A DNA stretch of 64,000 bases from Synechococcus sp. (GTDB taxonomy: Bacteria > Cyanobacteriota > Cyanobacteriia > PCC-6307 > Cyanobiaceae): contig JBJBEO010000001.1 of the NCBI GenBank assembly GCA_047284725.1, positions 1,240,203 through 1,304,202 on the forward strand, given 5' to 3'. Shown piece by piece: positions 61,002 to 64,000 of this stretch (position 1 is the first letter of the stretch; every line of letters begins with the position of its first letter). The notes beneath the pieces were generated by a model, which was given only the letters and a program-made list of their open reading frames with translations, was not told the origin of the DNA and did no database searches. The position numbers and the translations under genes are program-made.

Positions 61002-61634
61002 TCAGCGAAGATGATTCAAACCGCCTTCGGCGTGAGCCTTGGCGAGAGCGTCATAGCCACCGAGCAGGCTCCCATCGACGAACACCTGCGGGAACGTTGT
61101 CAACCCACTGCGGGATTGAACCGCATGGAACGTCTCATCGGAATCAACCGTGACAACAGTGTGGGCAATCTCGAGGCTGCGGAGAAGGCGGAGAGCCCGC
61201 GTGCACCAGGGGCAACCGGGCAGAACAGCGATTTCAACGCGATCGACTGGCGCCGAAACAAGCGTTTCCGCAGCCGGCTCAAGGGGGGTCGGAACCTGAG
61301 GCAGTGGCTGGTCGAGCAGAGCGACGAGCAGATCGGCTCCTTTGAGCACGATTGTGCCTGGCTCAAGGTGACCACCCCAGACCTGGCAGGCGCCATCTGA
61401 GAGGCTCAAATGCAGATGGGCACCCTCCGGAGAAAAGTGACCCTGGAGGGTAATGATCTCCAGATCCCCTTCGAGCACGTTGGGGGCTGGCTGTCCAGGG
61501 CACTGAAACGACGCTCTAGAGAGATTGCCGACAACGCTCAGGACGTACCCCGACACCTGGTGAGATCGGGCAAGTGTTTCGAGAGAGAGTCGCAGATCCT
61601 GGCCGGGAGCAAGCTTCAACGCCAGTGATCGCAT
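61002..61634 (-). CDS. DUF296 (PPC) domain fused to glutaredoxin
   Basis: N-terminal L.PGQDL, EIITLQG, HLHLSLSD...GGHL; C-terminal CPWC, TFPQVF and GGYD. Confidence 0.85.
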   Translation of the reverse strand: MRSLALKLAPGQDLRLSLETLARSHQVSGYVLSVVGNLSRASFQCPGQPAPNVLEGDLEIITLQGHFSPEGAHLHLSLSDGACQVWGGHLEPGTIVLKGADLLVALLDQPLPQVPTPLEPAAETLVSAPVDRVEIAVLPGCPWCTRALRLLRSLEIAHTVVTVDSDETFHAVQSRSGLTTFPQVFVDGSLLGGYDALAKAHAEGGLNHLR

Positions 61635-61732
61635 CAGAACTCCCTAAATCGGGCAACAGGTTACCGCCTAGCTGCGCCGGGCCAAAACCGTGGAGACAAA
61701 ATAGGCTTTGGCCACCAATCAGTAACGTCAAC

Positions 61733-61969
61733 GTGTCGATTTTGCGCTCCATTCTGCAAGAGCTTCAAGAGCGACTTGACGCAGATCAGCCCGCACCGTC
61801 AGCTGCGGAGGTAGCTGAAGCTGCCGAATCAGACCGGCTCAATGTGACCCTGCCCGGTGGCGTGATGGGTCGACTGAAACAACAGGCTCTCCAGGAAGGG
61901 CGCAGCTGCAGCAGCCTGGCGTCATTTTTGATCGAGGATGGCCTTCGTCGTCACCAAAGCCTGCAGTGA
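61733..61969 (+). CDS. Ribbon-helix-helix (CopG-like) protein
   Basis: RLNVTLP.....RLKQQA..EGRS.SSLA.FLIE.GL; GTG start inferred. Confidence 0.78.
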   Translation: MSILRSILQELQERLDADQPAPSAAEVAEAAESDRLNVTLPGGVMGRLKQQALQEGRSCSSLASFLIEDGLRRHQSLQ

Positions 61970-62009
61970 TCCATCGAGCATCGGGAGCCACAGGATCGCC
62001 AGCCTTGGC

Positions 62010-62090
62010 TCAGGCCTGATCAAGCCGACGCACAATCACACCCATGGCGACAAGGGATCCAGCCAGAGCAATGAGCAATGCCAGGGTCAT
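62010..62090 (-). CDS. Putative 26-aa single-TM microprotein
   Basis: Manual translation MTLALLIALAGSLVAMGVIVRRLDQA, lying in an otherwise empty gap. Confidence 0.5.
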   Translation of the reverse strand: MTLALLIALAGSLVAMGVIVRRLDQA

Positions 62091-62211
62091 CAGGGAGCAA
62101 CGCATACGGACCCAGCCTGACAGTTTTGGTGCCCGGTGCTGTCAGGAACCGATGAAACCGCCACAATGACCCGATGGGGAGCTCAAGCCACGGCAAGGTC
62201 GCATGGTGGGA

Positions 62212-62889
62212 ATGAGTCACCGCTGGACGTGGCGTGATGAAGTACTCACCTTTCTGCCTGAACGAGCTCTCTGGCGGGAAAATGGCCGACAACTGATGGT
62301 GTCGGACCTGCACCTCGGCAAAGCCGAGGTGTTTCAAGCCCACGGCATTCCCCTGCCCAGTGATGCCGATCAGGGCACCCTCAATGCGCTTCTGGAACTC
62401 TGCAATCGCTTCCGCCCGGAGGTGCTGTTCATCCTTGGCGACCTGATCCATGGTCGCCTCGGCCTCACCCATACCTTGCGGGACATCCTGCGTTCCCTGG
62501 GGGAACTGGCAGGCTGCCCGATCCACCTCATTGGAGGCAATCACGACCGATCCAGCGTGATTGAAGGATTGCAGCAACACCCCAGCTGCCAGCTCGGCCG
62601 TCTCTGGCTGAGCCACGAACCAGAAACGCCTCCGTCCCAAGACGGTCTCCTGAATGTGTGCGGCCACGTGCACCCTGTGGCCTGCATCAGGCAAGGCTGC
62701 GACCACCTGAGAGTTCCATGTTTTGCCTACGCAAGTGATTCGCAGCATCTGCTGATTCCCGCTTTTGGGGAATTGACGGGTGGCCACCGCTGCGACGGGC
62801 GTTATAAGAAATGGCTGGTGGCTGATCACGCCGTTATTCCTTGGCTCGAACCCATTTCCACAACGCCACGGCTGAGGGTCGCCAAGTGA
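62212..62889 (+). CDS. pdeM: Ligase-associated DNA damage response endonuclease PdeM (metallophosphoesterase)
   Basis: SDLHLGK, LGDLIH, GNHD, HEP, GHVHP and PAFG.LTGG. Confidence 0.88.
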   Translation: MSHRWTWRDEVLTFLPERALWRENGRQLMVSDLHLGKAEVFQAHGIPLPSDADQGTLNALLELCNRFRPEVLFILGDLIHGRLGLTHTLRDILRSLGELAGCPIHLIGGNHDRSSVIEGLQQHPSCQLGRLWLSHEPETPPSQDGLLNVCGHVHPVACIRQGCDHLRVPCFAYASDSQHLLIPAFGELTGGHRCDGRYKKWLVADHAVIPWLEPISTTPRLRVAK

Positions 62890-64000
62890 CACGCGCCCCT
62901 GTCAGAACACCCTCTTCAAGCCGACGCAGACCTCGGTCAAACGCGGGTGAACGGAACACGCGACGGAAACGGGGCCGTCGATCCAGACGACAGGGCAGCC
63001 CCCTACTGCTGCGAAAGCGGGTCTGGATTCTTGGACTGCCTTTGCTCACCTTTGCAGGGCTCGTCGCTCTTGCCCCGCAGACTCCGGGGCCTGGAGACCT
63101 GACCGCCACCTCTGGTTTTGACAATCTCGGAGAAGCAGGGGGCACGTTTCGCTACAAGCCAGACGACGAGGTGTACGCCCTCGATTTCGATCCGCGCAAG
63201 GTGCGTGTCGACCTGCTGGAAGGCTGGGATCGGGAAACCGATGCTTTTCACGACACCGCAGCCCTGGCCTACGTCACAGGGCCGATGTATGAGCGCCACC
63301 TGGAAGACGGGGGGAGGGAAGTCACCGTTCCATTAGGAGACCTCAAACTTGGTCAACGCATCTGGAAGGGACGTAACCGAACGGCAGCACGGCAACGCGC
63401 GTTCATCGGTATTCGCCACGACGGCAGAGTCGATTTCAGCTACGGCGAACTCACCAACAAGCATGCCGGCCAGTACGACACGTTTATCGGGGGACTCCAC
63501 AGCGTTTACAACGATCTGGAGCAACCTCCATCCAGTTACGCCGGCGCCTACAGCATCAGCATGGGCCAGCGAATCCGGTACTACCTCCCCCGGATTCGAA
63601 TGGTGTTTGGACTACGTCAGGACGGCCGCCTGGAAATGCTGATGAGCAAGGACGGCCTCACGCTGGAACAAACCAAGGATCTCGCCAGACGCAGGGGGCT
63701 CGTCAGTGCCTACCTGCCAGACCATGCCTCCAAAAGCCGTTTGATCATCCCCAGGGTCAAAGGCTTCACCGAAGAGGACGCCAACTGGATCAGCGGGGGA
63801 GCGACCAGCTTTGTACATGTTCCTTACCTGTTGCGTCTCAGTGAACGCAGAGCTCCGCTCAACGGCACGCTGATGGACAACATCGGGCTGACGCTTCGCC
63901 TTCAAAATCGCTGCTCCACGCCAATCGACTGCGGTCAGTGGGTTGCGGAGCGTCTCATGGATCGGTCACTTGCAGGTCTGAATCGAGTCATGGAACAAGG
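62886..64000 (+). CDS. Hypothetical membrane-anchored protein (runs off window end)
   Basis: GTGA overlap with the pdeM stop. Manual translation gives a basic N-terminus, a TM helix (VWILGLPLLTFAGLVAL), then YALDFDPRKV...GPMYE; the frame appears open to the window end. Confidence 0.72.
   Translation, partial: MTRAPVRTPSSSRRRPRSNAGERNTRRKRGRRSRRQGSPLLLRKRVWILGLPLLTFAGLVALAPQTPGPGDLTATSGFDNLGEAGGTFRYKPDDEVYALDFDPRKVRVDLLEGWDRETDAFHDTAALAYVTGPMYERHLEDGGREVTVPLGDLKLGQRIWKGRNRTAARQRAFIGIRHDGRVDFSYGELTNKHAGQYDTFIGGLHSVYNDLEQPPSSYAGAYSISMGQRIRYYLPRIRMVFGLRQDGRLEMLMSKDGLTLEQTKDLARRRGLVSAYLPDHASKSRLIIPRVKGFTEEDANWISGGATSFVHVPYLLRLSERRAPLNGTLMDNIGLTLRLQNRCSTPIDCGQWVAERLMDRSLAGLNRVMEQ

Noticed and set aside
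61733..62090. Type II toxin-antitoxin pair built on the RHH gene
   Set aside because: No co-oriented toxin-family ORF is adjacent to the RHH gene.

Overview
This 64 kb window looks like core chromosome of a marine Synechococcus-type picocyanobacterium. The basis is psaK, petN, psb29, ftsH2, ggpS followed by a sugar ABC transporter, dense gene packing, and no obvious HIP1 enrichment. It holds about 70 protein genes, mostly housekeeping: argC (partial), ribBA, mtnP, murQ, dnaK/dnaJ, pstCAB, hisZ, htpG, rpmB, dxs, ilvA, scpB, pyk, clpP, clpS, purK, aroB and nadA. It also holds tRNA-Ser(GGA) and a probable 6S RNA downstream of purK. The last 15 kb carries a ligase-associated DNA-damage-response module (exonuclease, ATP-dependent ligase, Lhr-like helicase), with its PdeM endonuclease 7 kb downstream. 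Orphan exported or lipoprotein genes flank the three-gene part of this module. I saw no CRISPR array, transposase, integrase or prophage. The most intriguing unexplained feature is a ~430 nt minus-strand intergenic element (58594-59020). It has several hairpins, a repeated CGACAC(U)CC motif, a strand-specific terminal stem, and two in-frame ORFs split by one UGA. Two probable microproteins and petN are missing from the ORF track. All family calls come from recognising motifs by eye, not from database searches.
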